Below are positions 1-13,043 of a DNA stretch of 64,000 nt, in pieces. The first letter of the stretch is position 1. Each line of letters opens with the position of its first letter. The position numbers were made by a program, and so were the translations under genes. The stretch spans positions 62,001 through 126,000 of the forward strand of contig JASANG010001204.1 in assembly GCA_030248215.1 (NCBI GenBank), written 5' to 3'. The notes under the pieces are model-generated. The model was not told where the DNA came from, did no database searches, and saw only the letters and a program-made list of their open reading frames with translations. The DNA is from Enoplolaimus lenunculus (lineage: Eukaryota).

Positions 1-230
1 TGGCCAAGTAGGTGTGAAATATGTCAAAGTTACATCACAAATTGAAAACTTTTATGCCTTGGCAAAACTAATCAATGTCAAAATTTTTAAAAAAACTGCT
101 AAGAACGGGCTTTAAACCTGCAAAATAAAATTTCGAATCACAAAAATTATCTTCCACTGCAAAATCTTCTATGTGACGCTGATTTGTAGCGTATCAGCCA
201 TTTTAATAGGGCGAAATTTACATTATTTAC

Positions 231-465
231 CATAACACGAACGGTGATTTCTGTGTTTTGGCCCTGCACTTGCTGGCGTGATAAGACATCTAGGTCGAGC
301 AGAGCTTTGAGCAGGTGCTCTAGATGCACCTTTTTGGTTCGAGCGATGCCGATTTGACCCGTTGTGGACAGGCGACACCTGTGTTGCGTCACGTTCCTTT
401 TGATTTGTGGTGCGTTGTGCCAATTGAGCGTCGCTGGCAGATGAGTGGGTAGATGATTGTTGCAT
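231..465 (-). CDS. Possible coding exon of an unknown gene continuing toward the left window edge
   Basis: GC-richer island with ATG at 465, open frame MQQSSTHSS...RSCYG, a GTAAAT donor below 231 and a TTTTGCAG acceptor near 118. No recognisable domain. Confidence 0.25.
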
Positions 466-2033
466 TTTAATTATTATACTGGTTGTACTATTGTGACAAT
501 GTTATAAAATATTTAAGCTTTTTGCTTTACAAAGCAGCCATGTGTGATTTAAAAGGCCGCCGACAGAGGCGGATCCAGAAATTTGTGACGGGAGCGCTGG
601 AAAATGTAACGAAGAGCAATTTTTGCTGTTTGCTATATATGATATTGGCAGTGAAAAATTATAAGGTAGGCTTATCATTTTATCACAAGTTTTCCGAGGA
701 AAAACATACTTTTTTTACAAAAAATTTTCTGAGGGGAAAAATTGTAAGGCAAGGGACTTTACCATATTATCACAAAAACTTTCGACGGGGGTGTACGCTT
801 CCCCTCTCAGTCTGCTAGTGCCGAAAGTTGTATATAATAGTGGAAAAGTAGAGTTAATTCATACTCCAAAATACAGATATTCCGATACTAATACCGATAC
901 AGAATTTTTTGCTAATGATCGCGGCATGATACCAACAGCGATGATACTTAACTAGTACACCAAACCGAAAAACTTGGAAATTGGAAATAAAAATTGTCCG
1001 TGACTGATGCAAATACATGCAATCGTGCTCTGAAATCCACCCCCTTTAACAAGTCAGTAACATGAGCGACTGTATTTCAGAGTTCCGTTCCGTCTACAGT
1101 AATTTTATGTTCACCATTCAAAAAAATTGCTTACATAAACCTATCTTAACAAATCAGAATTTCAAAAACCCTGTTAAAACCAACGCTAAGTTTTAGCCTG
1201 TATCTGGGGCCCACGCTATTTTCGTAACTGTTTCATGATAAGTATATATCTGTTAGATGCCACACAATTATATATTCAGCTCAATTAGCCATATCGATAT
1301 GCTTTCAAAAATACAAATACCGCTACCTTAATTTTACTAACACCGACACCTACATTTCAGTTCAAAACCAGAGAAAAACTCACGAACAAAGCGAGCCAGA
1401 AGCCAAAGCAATTTTAGTACTGAATTTTAGCACGAAGTTGTGATTTGAGGTCTGCCGAACCTTCGTCTGTGTTCCCTTAGATCCGCAAATGATATTAAAC
1501 TATCTTTAGGTCTGCATTTCATAAAAGTTTTAGTCGTTTTAAAATCCATTTAAAATCACTTCAAAGAACATTTTTTATTGTCCATGTTCTCAGGAACCAT
1601 TCGTTCCATAAACCGGAAACGGAAATGAGGCCATGTTAAACGTTTTACACTTGAAAAGGTAACGAGTATGTTAATTACAACGGTGATCGATAGGCGCTTT
1701 GGTGCAAATGAACCCACATAAAAAATGTTTCATGCTTTTGTTTTCGACATTTCACCAAGGCTGCTAGCCAAGAAATGTGTTATGCCGGTATAAGGGGCAT
1801 TCTTCACATGCAGAAAGCACTCAGACCTCAAACTCGCTTTCATGCAACAGTGAAACCCAAGTATGTCAGAATTCGACAACAATTCTTTAGTGAACTGAAT
1901 TGCTGACACTGGCAGCGGTTTTGAAAATGAAAATTAATTTTCAGATGGTAATAAAGCTTACTGCCGTTCGTATTTTACATTTGAAATTTATCAATTTCAA
2001 TTTTCCAATACCATGCGTTAATGTGGGATCATA

Positions 2034-2232
2034 CACTGTAAAAAATGGTGCGTCAAATTGACTCTCTCCGAAATAGGTTTTTCCTGACTACATGAATTGA
2101 ATCAAAATTCGACTCCGCCTGGGTCAAATTCGACTCAATTTGACTCTGGCGGAGTCAAATTTTGACTCAGTTTATGTAGTCGGGAAAAACCTATTTCGAA
2201 GAGCGTTAATTTGACTCACCTTTTTTGCAGTG
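2034..2232. mobile_element. Near-fully palindromic MITE flanked by TA
   Basis: Ends CACTGTAAAAAA / TTTTTTGCAGTG; the two halves are imperfect reverse complements along their whole length; TA on both sides. Confidence 0.75.
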
Positions 2233-3509
2233 TATATAGGTATGCAACAATTCGTCACCCGACAAGTTGTAATTCGAAATTTCGTCGAGTTGACAATTTG
2301 TCACCCATCATCATGGTTCGGCTTAGACCTACGGTTAGGATTACGCTTAGAAATTATACCATTTAGACGCATAGGGATTTTAGGGTTTGTAATTGTTCAC
2401 TATTGAAGGCGGTGATATTTGGTTATACTGAACTATCGTTCAATTGATCTTGAAGATGCAGTTGCCAGTATATGTGATTGGCCGGTGCCTAGTTTTGCCT
2501 GGCTCCAATATGAAAACCCTTTTAGACCTTTAGGTTACGAATAAATTCGTTTTGTACTATATTGAGATATGATAATTAGGCTTAAGCATCTACAACAACG
2601 GCATTAATTGAAAATATTGCACGAGTGAATCAAACGAGAAGTCCGACGCTTGTAAATACGGAGTTGGTGTAAGCGATCGCGGATCGCAGTTGTATCATGC
2701 TTGGTTCGAGTTCAACAGGTCTGAGCTTTGGTTGCCGACGTGCCACTATGTCATTAGTGCAAAACTTCTCAAAGGGATTTTCCCGACCATATATTTCTAT
2801 CTGCAGTATTTTCTAAAGTTAAAATTAAAGCCGACGATTGTAGATTGCGAGTATCTTATGCGCAATCTCGCCCTAGTACGTGCTGGGTTGGGCAGTTACC
2901 CATGAAAGGAATTTTGGGCTAACATTGCTTTAGGGAATAGTCTTTAGCTCAGGCAAGAAGTTTTAATGTCCATGAACAAATTTTTAGAGGATATTGTACA
3001 ACATAATATAAACTGTATACTGAAATTGACGTCAATCTTGAATTTTCTTTCAAATGTTATCCTGCCGTTCCAAATTATAACGCTTATCAATATAAACTTC
3101 GAGGTGTAAAGAAAGACACGAATCAGGTGCCAATCCAGGACAAATTTTAGACGTAAGTTCACTAGTGGGTGCCCACAAAGTAGACTAAATGAAAACGCAA
3201 GGAGAGTTACGGATGAAAACGAAAGAAGTAAACAAACTCGACGGCAATTACCAGCACAAAGCGCAACCCTCACATAAACACCTGATACTGTCGTAGGCGA
3301 AGTGTTTTCAAATTGTTTGTTTGTCAAAATTTTTGGGGTTGTGCGAAGGCGCGTTCACGGGCACCCACCGATCTACCTCTGGACTCGCCCCTGCAAATGA
3401 AATGGATATTTCTCCACCCGAAACTGCTGAACAGACGAGAAAAAGCACTTTTAACAAGCTTTAGAATAACTTTCTGGATCGTTTAGATAAAATTTCATAT
3501 GCAAAAGGT

Positions 3510-3703
3510 GGCCCATGTAACTTTAAGGGGCATCCAGGTTTCTGTTGGGTCCATAAAAGAGTAGGTTTAGATTCTAGATCACATTTTTTGCTTAGGCGTA
3601 AGCTTAGGCATAGCCTTAAGCTTAGGAAAACATTTTTGCAACGCTTAGGTTGAGGCTTAGGCTTAGGAATACACTTAATACGCCCCTTAAAGTTACATTG
3701 GCC
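3510..3703. mobile_element. GGCC-ended MITE containing TTAGGC repeats, 8-bp TSD (Merlin-like)
   Basis: TIRs GGCCCATGTAACTTTAAGGGGC / GCCCCTTAAAGTTACATTGGCC; TSD CAAAAGGT at 3502-3509 and 3704-3711; degenerate (TTAGGC)n core. Confidence 0.8.
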
Positions 3704-4748
3704 CAAAAGGTTAATATACATTTCCGAGTTACTGTGACTACGCTCCTACTCTTTTATCCCACATTTCGAATAGATGTTACATTTTAAACATTTCAAAACA
3801 AGTTTACGATAACAGCGAGCTATTTATCATTTTTAGAAATATGGTTTATCTTTGTGGTTAAATGAGCTGGAAATACCGGTGTGTCTTAGCATTTGCTAAA
3901 CTCAAAACAGATGAGGCTACGATATATGATTTTAGTACAAATAGTATGGTTTTAAATCAAAACAATACTGCTCTTAATTACATCTGGAATGTATATATAT
4001 GCAGACTAAACATTTTTGGACGCTTGAACTTTACACGTGAGCAGTAGCAGTAGACTGCCGCGAGGGTCGTAAACTATGACAAGCATTTGCTTTCGGGGTC
4101 GGAATTCCAAAGGAGTTGGACTACGGTCGTTTCCGATTACCCGATAATTTTTTAATTTCAGGTACTCTTCACTCCATCTTTTTTGGAAATAGTCAATTCA
4201 TTCAGTGTATACTTTAAAAGCCTATTATAGGTATGCGGATTTTTTGCAATCTTTTGGTTTATTGGTGCATTTATAGCGAGAATGCTGAGCGGATCTTGCA
4301 GATTGATCAGTTTCACGCTTCCCACGTTTCAGCTTTTGCTTTACGACGCTGAAAAATCATCGCCCTGTCAAAAAAATCCTTGACCCCCTAGTGGCGAAAC
4401 AGAATGTTTCTTAACAGAAGTGAATTTGAATTACGGTGGACGCCCCCCGGTCCGGTGGTGATAGTTTATCACTACACTATGGTGAAGGTTTTAAAGTTAA
4501 ACCCATTATTGTATCTTTTGAAACAGTTACTCTCTAAACCTGTCGAGACAACAGAACGAATCCTCAGAATCTGGAACTACAGCTACACCCGTAGCCACAA
4601 CTGCCAATGGGAGCTCAGCCCCACAAAAAATTAAGTCTCTCTTGTAAGCTTGTTATTTGGATCGCATGTTGCTTCTAAAATTGATTTGCTATCACTAACA
4701 AGTTGAGCTGGCTACGGGCATACAACAAACAGTATTATTTATTGTAAC

Positions 4749-4967
4749 GGCCCATGTAAAGATCGAGGGATGAACGTTTTTGTACGGTACTGCAATAGAA
4801 TAAGTTTAACCTTTGGACTAATTTTTTGCTTACGCTTAGGATTAGGCTTAGGCATAACCTCATTCTTACGCTTAGGCTTAAGCTAAGGTAAAAGCTCAAT
4901 TTTATGCATAGACTTACTTAGGAATATGCTTACACTAACTGTTACGGCCCCGTTCTATTCATTGGCC
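4749..4967. mobile_element. GGCC-ended TTAGGC-containing MITE
   Basis: GGCCCATGTAAAGA...TCTATTCATTGGCC; flanks ATTGTAAC / GTTGAAAC (6/8 match); TTAGGC core. Confidence 0.65.
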
Positions 4968-5649
4968 GTTGAAACGCAGATCGCTGCTTGAAATTAATAG
5001 CAAAAGAACGCGACTTTCGCTAAGTAAATATCATTTTATCATTACTATGCAAATTTCCAAAAGTGATATTATTAGAAACTTCTAGTCGTTCAAAGTATTC
5101 AACAAATATTCTGGTAAATTTTATGACGACAATCATCACAATATACTAACGTACAGTATCATTTAGGCAGTATATTAATAGCAGCGATGCTGCCAAAGGT
5201 TATATTTTTCGATTATAAGATCAGTCTCACTGGCTGACTTTAGGAAGGGAAACACAGGCCTTCAACAGCGATAAAAACAAAATTTGTTCTTTGGCATTTT
5301 GTATCAATTGCTTTTGGTTTCTTGATCACTTCGCTCACGAACTTTTTTCACTATTACATATCGCACTGTCTTCAATATCAGAAATTTCTGGATCCACCAC
5401 TGATCAGTTTATTTATGGTAATAAAAATGCAATAGATGATGTAATATCTCCAAAAAATCAAAATGGATTGGACAAAAATGAATGAATAGATAACTTAACA
5501 TAGACCGTTTTCTTATAAAGCAGCGTGAAAAAATTATCATTTCTAAATTAGCTTTAAACCTACCGGGACATGGCGTTTTTTAATATCCATCTAAAAAAGA
5601 AATTTGAGAGAATTGCTGCAATAGGGTGTCACGTCAATTCGTAATTAGA

Positions 5650-6064
5650 AACGGGTAATAAGAGGTGGTCCCCATTTTGAGTCCCAGTCAATTGGAGTAC
5701 ATATCCCTAATAAAATCCGCAAGCGGGTAGAGTTCTTTAACCCTAATTAGAGGCCATAAATGTCAATTTTCCTTAATTGTAGTGCGTAAATGAATCCAGG
5801 ACCAAATAAAGTTTAATTCGTATCTTTAAACAATACTTAAATTTGAAATGAACATTTGTAAGTATAACCTTGCATTGAAGCTGAAGTGTTTGAATCAAGG
5901 CAAGTATACGTTTAATTAAACGGATAGTTGCAATACCAGATATATCAGTACGAAGGGTGGCGGAGGGCGGGGTAAAATAAATAACAGTTCTTAACCGAAT
6001 AACACGGGGTGCACCTTGTAGAGGCTAAATAAATATCAGCCCCCTCTTATTCGGGACACTACAA
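5650..6064. mobile_element. MITE copy of the CTGTAGTGACCCGAATAA family (left end degraded)
   Basis: Internal sequence matches 25416-25866 and, inverted, 62688-63112; right end TTATTCGGGACACTACAA. Confidence 0.65.
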
Positions 6065-7337
6065 TAGACCTAGGCTAGCGATTACGCAAAGCATTTTTGT
6101 GGAAAAGTTATACAAATTACACACGATTCCACACAGTTTGTAAAGCTGACTCGAATGATGTTAAATTTTTGACAATCAAATGATTGGCTAAAGAATTATG
6201 GTCAAATAACAGCCTGCCAACAATTTGGGACGGTCCCAAATCAGTTATACGACCACAACGCTTTAGCCAGTTGTCTGACTGTGACTAAAAAATATTTCGG
6301 TCGCGAGGCGGGGACCTTGGGACGTTAAAAATTGAATTTTTCAAAAATTCAAATTTAGTCGTGGTAAAATTACTAAGCATAAAAAACGTGATTCATTTTT
6401 CAACTGGCATGGTGGACAAATTTTGACGGGGCTCCCAGGAGGAGAAGTGACGTAGTAACCGCGCCATATATCCATTTTTTTCTACACAGAATATATCCCG
6501 TTGTTTATCCTTATCTACTGTACTGTATCATCCGCTCTGGGCGTTACCCATCAATCAAAACCGCTCTCGGTGTAAAGCTATTGTACCCCACAAAAACAAA
6601 AACATCCCCTTTGGGGTTGATCAATAGTTTGTCCTCTCTATATTCAACAGTAGGTAAAAACTGTACGACCAATCACAATTGAATTTGGCACCACCCGCAA
6701 TAAGTTAGGCATGACACAACACAAGACAATAAAGCGTCCTATGCTTTAGAATAGCTTGAACAGCAAAAAGGAATTGAACCAATGGTGAAATAGATGACAG
6801 GTGCACCCAAGTCATTCCCCGTTCAGACAACCAGCAAACCAAAATTTTATGCTTAGTTTAGCCCTAAAATTGCGTTTGGTTTCTTGCTCGTTTTCTCACA
6901 ACTTTTTCATTATCATATATACCACCAGTCCACCCATTACAAATTTGCGAATACGCCACAGGACTAGGCGTTAAACCTATGGTGAACTATAATTCTATAA
7001 ACATTTCTCGTAAAGCTTAGCGGCAATAAGCAGTATATTGGCTATAGTAAGTATAGGTAACACGAAATGTTCACTCTCTAAAAAATTAAATTAGGTACTC
7101 TGAACAATAGGTCAATCAAGAATAGGTTTAAATAGCTGTTAATGAATTTACGCTGAATTATGCGATGCACAAAGGATTGAATATATGAACACATGGTGAT
7201 TTTGAAGTTTATGGCCAGCAATTTAAGGCTGTTTCGAGAAATAGAAATAAGGTAACTCTTGCGACAAGTTTAGCAATAATGTTTGAAGCCATCACAAAAC
7301 ATTTCATGGACTCAGGTTTGAGTAGGGTTCACAACTA

Positions 7338-7480
7338 CAGGCCCGTACACAGCTCACCTTGCTAAGGAGGCTAAAAAATTTTCAGGAGGGGCATACAACG
7401 GTTTCCGTTGACTTACAAGCAAGGTTGTTTTCCAGTGGGGCTGAGCCTCCCCCGCCCGGTTCCCCTTGACTACAAGCCTG
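7338..7480. mobile_element. Short dispersed MITE (CAGGCCCGTA...TACAAGCCTG family)
   Basis: Shares GCTCACCTTGCT..AAAAAATTT..TTGACTTACAAGCAAGGTT with copies near 9005-9150, 13035-13195, 58955-59090 and 63345-63446. Confidence 0.55.
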
Positions 7481-8082
7481 CACAACAAAATGGTTCACAG
7501 TTGAGGGATAGCGTCAAAACGTTTCCAATATACTGATTGAATTAAGATTTGCATTAAAGCATCAACTTAATGAGTTTTAAGTAAAACAGGTTTAACCTTC
7601 ATCCTATTATCCGTAAAAATAATTAAAACTTCACACGTGGGATTTCAAAGGAATTTAGAAGCTTAATCGATGAACACAACCTTCAATGGCTGATTCTAAA
7701 CCACTACGATCCCTAAAAGTATATATTAAGTATTATTTGGAAGAAAAACACGTGTGCGTACTGTCCTATAAATGCGTGACTCCATTTCTCTGTCGCAGTA
7801 AATTGGCTTGGGTGGTTTTTGTAGCTGCAACTGGCTGAGCTTGACTTCGGTGACTGCTTCTGGCAGCGTAAGAAGCTCCTGATTCAAAAACCTTCTAGTT
7901 TTGGAACAGAGGTCCACTCTAAAGAACATATCTATAGCTACCGCTTATACTATTATTCTATTCGCATTCTCCGCTCCGACTAACGTCAAGACAACGATCA
8001 ATCTCGTCACTACAACCATGAGATCACCAGTATATGCGTTCGTCAAAAACTCGCTAAAATGATAACATTAATATGTCACAGG

Positions 8083-8261
8083 CAGTGGCGGATCCAGAAT
8101 CTCAAAATGGGGGGGGGGGCAAATTTCACAGGTAATAAACTTACTTTTGACCCACACACAAACCACGAACTATTGTTGTCACAAAATTGCTATAGAATTT
8201 TTGTCGAGATGCTGTTGGGGGGGGCCACGGCCGAGGTGGCCCCCCCATGGATCCGCCATTG
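8083..8261. mobile_element. hAT-like MITE with perfect 8-bp TSD
   Basis: TIRs CAGTGGCGGATCC / GGATCCGCCATTG; TSD GTCACAGG at 8075-8082 and 8262-8269. Related copies near 564-817, 9417-9597, 50623-50779 and 53063-53241. Confidence 0.8.
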
Positions 8262-9879
8262 GTCACAGGCCCCGGTTTTTTCACTTTTGGCTGCATCATA
8301 GCTACTACACTACATGAATTTATAGGACAAAATCAATATCAATTAACCAATTTTCTGAAACAAAGCAATGACGATCATTCTGAAATAAACGAATTTTCTC
8401 AAACAACAACAATCAATCTACGAGACCGCATAACGGCTTGTCACCGAATAATGTCCTAAAGCCTTTGAATAAATCTAAGCATACATACGCCCAAAACGTA
8501 ATTGTAAGTATTTAGCCTAAGCTCAAACATAATGATGGGCGGCGACGGGCGACGAATTGTCGAGTCAACGAACTTTCAAATTACAACTTGTCCGTCTACA
8601 AATTGTCGGGTGACGAATTGTCGTGATATTAAAAGAAATCTTTTACAATTGATTTCACAATATATAAACCCAAATTGTATAATAGCCAATTGACCGATTT
8701 TGTGGGAACAATAGAAATGTGCCGATGTTTTTATATTGCATGAAAAGCACACTCTGGGTTTCTATTGGACATTCTTAAAGTGCGAAGGCCTTTGTATAAT
8801 TTGACCCAAATTATACGGTATTTTTTCTTTCAAAGAGTCCCATGCAGATGAAGGTTAAAAGTTTGAAAGTAACGCTTCATAAACGACTAATAGTATTATT
8901 ATTTATAAAAATATTCGTATCGAAATAACATCTTTAATAAGCGCACAGTACAACAACTTCGTTATATTTTACTCTCACTCGCAACGTCTGTTTATGTTTG
9001 TAGCAGACCCGTAGTCCGCTCACCTTGCTGGTGAGAGGGAGTTAAAAAATTTTCCGAAGCGGCAGACAAGGGTTTTTGATTGACTTTACAAGCAAGGTTA
9101 AAAACTTTAAAGTGCGTTGAGCCACCATGATTCCTCTTGGCTACGGGTCCGATTTGTAGCGACGAAAGAAAAAATGCTTAGTCTAGTTGAAGTTCGACTG
9201 CAGACAATCTTGACGTTTCAGGAAGCGATCAGAGTTGACTTCATTATCGTTTAGATAAAACTTGAAAACGTCTACAAAAACCGGAAACGTTTAACCTACG
9301 CAGGAATATGAAATGTCCCGTACATATACCGGCTGTATAGGACAATGTGGTAAACCACACAAAAACATCAAACAACCAGTGTCAAAGAAGCATTTCTGTT
9401 TGGAAGAGCATCTGATCACTGGTGGATCCAAGGCGGCTTGCCCGGCTTTGGCCGCCCAACAAAGATCAAGACCAAAAGTTTTGCATTATATTTTGGCACT
9501 AAAATTGTATTTGGCATTTCGGTTGTGTTTTCCTCGCGATTTTTCACTATTACAGATCGTGCGGCCTCCAACATCATAAATTTCTTAATCTGCTACTGTA
9601 CTTTAAATGGTTGATCAGTCAAAGCTACATTTTGCAACCGACTCTGGTTGACGTTTCAGCTGTTTTGAAATTTAAAATTTATACCTCAACACATCCTGCA
9701 AAGGTGATCAAAGTAGTGGCATATTAATCTATATGAGATCCGTTCGCGAGCTTATGATTAAATAACTGATCTGGTGTCATCGCAAATCGATGGTGAAACC
9801 TGACATTAGTTATTTGACAGTTCGGCTTCAAAAATCGAGTTTTATAAAAATTCATAGTTTCCCAACCTTTAGCTGTTAC

Positions 9880-10273
9880 GGCCATAGTAAAGACCAGCGG
9901 CGGTACAGTATTATAAGCCTATTCCTAAGTCTATGCCTAAGCGTAAGAATGAGCATATTCCTAAGCCTAAGCCTAAGCCAATCAAAAAGTCTAAAGCTTA
10001 AGTTTACTTTTTTCTAGTCTTACAGAAAAACTCTCCACCGTTGATCTTTACACGGACCGCTGTTACAAAACCTAAGCCAATCAAAAAACAGCCTGAAGCT
10101 TAAGTTTACTTTTTTCTAGTCTTACAGAAAAACTCTCCACCGTTGATCTTTACACGGACCGCTGTTACAAAACCTAAGCCAATCAAAAAACAGCCTGAAG
10201 CTTAAGTTTACTTTTTTCTAGTCTTATAGAAAAACTCTCCACCGTTGATCTTTACATGGACCGCTGTTATAAA
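9880..10273. mobile_element. GGCC-ended GCCTAA-containing MITE whose right end plus TSD is tandemly triplicated
   Basis: Element 9880-10058 with TSD GCTGTTAC (9872-9879 and 10059-10066); units of about 102 bp start near 9972, 10071 and 10173. Confidence 0.75.
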
Positions 10274-10993
10274 CAGCATTGAAAAGGATACTTTGTTTAA
10301 AATTTTACTAAATCAAACCTTACAAACATAAGGCATAGCCAGAGAAGGGGGTCACGTCCTAAAACTTTTCAAAGGTTTTCTGTGTTACCAACCGAAAAAA
10401 TTGTTAAAAACCTTGTGAAAATATTATCAGGTGACCAGACGCATAAAACCACAGTGGTTACTTTCTTGATACGAACTGTACTGCTTTAAACTCGCTCATA
10501 GTAAACAACCAATAGTGTAAAACTCAACCCGAAGAGCACAAATCACTGCAAAAAAGTGTTATTCCCTAACTGGCCATATTTAAGCGAGACAAACCGTTTG
10601 GCTGTGCAATCAAAGCTTAAAATCGTTTTATTTTATACGCAGTCTGAATGCATAATTGATACTTCCCACGGGAACTATTGAAAACTCGCTCACAAACCAG
10701 ATTTTTTAAACGCGTACAAAACTATAATGATATTGGTAGCCATTGAATATTTGCGCTCAACAGTTTGAAAACGATGTCGTAATTTGATAATCTACTAGTT
10801 TTTTTAAACAATTTTCATAATCGTGTTTTTGTCTTTCGCCAAATGTTTACATTGATAGCTTTCTGATTGCATGTTACGGGTTTAACGGTATAAAATCCCC
10901 AAATTTTTGAGTGCATATGATAGTTCAATTTTGCAGAGGTTTCCAGGTGCCCGCCCCCAAGTACGGTACACGGTGGTAAACGTATACTCTGAT

Positions 10994-11189
10994 GGCCAAT
11001 GTTACTTTAAGGAGCGTAACAGTAGGTTAAGCGTATTGCTAAGCCTAAGCCTAAGCGTTGCAAAAATGTGTTTCTAAGCCTAAGCCTAAGTCTAAACCTA
11101 AGCCTAAGCAAAAAATGTAATCTAGAATCTAAACCTACCCTTTTATGAACCCACCAGAAACCTGGATGTCCCTTAAAGTAACATTGGCC
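10994..11189. mobile_element. Inverted copy of the 3510-3703 telomeric-repeat MITE
   Basis: TIRs GGCCAATGTTACTTTAAGG / CCTTAAAGTAACATTGGCC; (GCCTAA)n core; body is close to the reverse complement of 3510-3703. Confidence 0.8.
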
Positions 11190-12449
11190 CTCCCAATGAC
11201 GCTAATATACAAAAACCATCTGGTTCTGATATGTTATATTTGTTGCCTACCTGGTAAAACCAAGAGTGGGTGATCATTTACACAATAGTGCGCAATTGAC
11301 TCCTTTCTGTGAACATGTATCCTACGCACGTTGCGTTTTAGGCCGATCTCCCTTTTATTAAGGGGGGTGCAGTTGAACGATTGTCTTCACTTTGTTAAAG
11401 ATTTTAGTTTGTTGCTATGATTTTACTTTCAACCTACCCCCACTAAACAAAGAGAGGGTAGGGCAAAAACACATCGAATGCATGTACAATCCCCTCTTGG
11501 TAGTACGTATGGGGAACGATGCATAACTCCACTAGAAAACTAGAAAAATCTCCTAATGTGCGGTTAACGTTATAACCGGGGCGGCTTGGGACACGTTTTG
11601 TTCCTATTCGACTATTGGGTAACACTTTGTCTGATTATATACCCAATATCTTATTCAAAAAGTCGTATTTGTCTACTATCATCAAGTGTAGCTCACCTTT
11701 TGTTCTTAAATATCAAATGATATTCGACGTATTGCCTGCGACTATCATATGACAGATTTTTAAATATCTGCACACGTGAGGAACATAACCAAATTGTCCT
11801 GTTGACCATACGATATTAGAATTTGAAATTTGAATTTTTTTAATATGACGCTGTGTTTCTCTGCGACTTCGTGTTGGAAACAAATTTGCCGGCGTATATT
11901 CGGTATTTTACAGACCGCATGTGCCTCTGTCGTCCGACTTTCTGTTCATTAATAAGCATGCGAAAATTACACTGTCCCGGTGAACATTTTGAGAAATTCG
12001 TTGTTTACAATATCTATATATTCACATAAATGTTTTAACAGTATCACGTGATATACCGAATCTTGTACACATTGAACATCTAAGAGCGTTGGTTTGTAAG
12101 CTAATGACACTTAGCCTCGTAGTTATGTCTGTTGACCCGATAAGATAGCACGAATTTCAGGAATTTCAGACAAACCATGACCCACCTGCCCAGTTATAAC
12201 GTGAATTCCGCATGAAGACGGCTATTAGCACTGTACTAAAGCTCGCGTTTTACCGTTGACGTAAACCAGAGACAAACCGTTACTCGCCTGCCCCGGTAAG
12301 GTGAATCCCGTATAAAACTCAGAAATCTTACCATAAGTCGTATAATGTTATTGGGAACGAGGTATAATTTTGCAAACAGGAAACAAAACTTACAAACTAT
12401 ATCGTCAGCTTCGAGCAATTTTTCAAAACCACAATCACCATTTGTCCCA

Positions 12450-13043
12450 GTATCAGTAAACGGTTTGTGATTTGATTCCAACTCCAACGTTTTAGCATCA
12501 ACCATTGTGACAGTGAACCGTCGGTTATACATTTTTAAATTTTAACGTTATTAAATCTAAAACAACAACGTATTATGTAGCTGATGTTGCCGAAATTTGT
12601 CATGGCAGCAATAATATCGCAATAAAGTTGCGAATAAAAGTAAAAATCGTCAGCAAGGTGGAATGTACCTTTGCGCTTATTGATAAAAAATTTTTTGCGT
12701 TCCTTTCAACCGTTTATAAAAACGCTACTTCCTACACAGAGACCCGTATCAGCAAACGGTTTGTGATTTGATTCCAACTCCAACGTTTTAGCATCAACCA
12801 TTGTGACAGTGAACCGTCGGTTGTACATTTTTAAATTTTAACGTTATTAAACCTAAAACAACAACGTATTATGTAGCTGATGTTGCCGAAATTTGTCATG
12901 GCAGCAATAATATCGCAATAAAGTTGCGAATAAAAGTAAAAATCGTCAGCAAGGTGGAATGTACCTTTGCGTTTATTGATAAAAATTTTTTTGCGTTCCT
13001 TTCAACCGTTTATAAAAACGCTACTTCTTACACAGAGACCCGT
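12450..13043. repeat. Tandem duplication, 2 x 296 bp, near identical
   Basis: 12450-12745 is repeated at 12746-13041 with a few substitutions. Confidence 0.9.

Noticed and set aside
3461..3721. ORFs with PKPKP or LRLSL repeats (also 9790, 47757, 49124, 50265, 50346, 62105)
   Set aside because: They are translations of TTAGGC/GCCTAA repeats inside MITEs.
11400..12440. Possible decayed transposon coding region
   Set aside because: No recognisable motif or sustained frame when read by eye.
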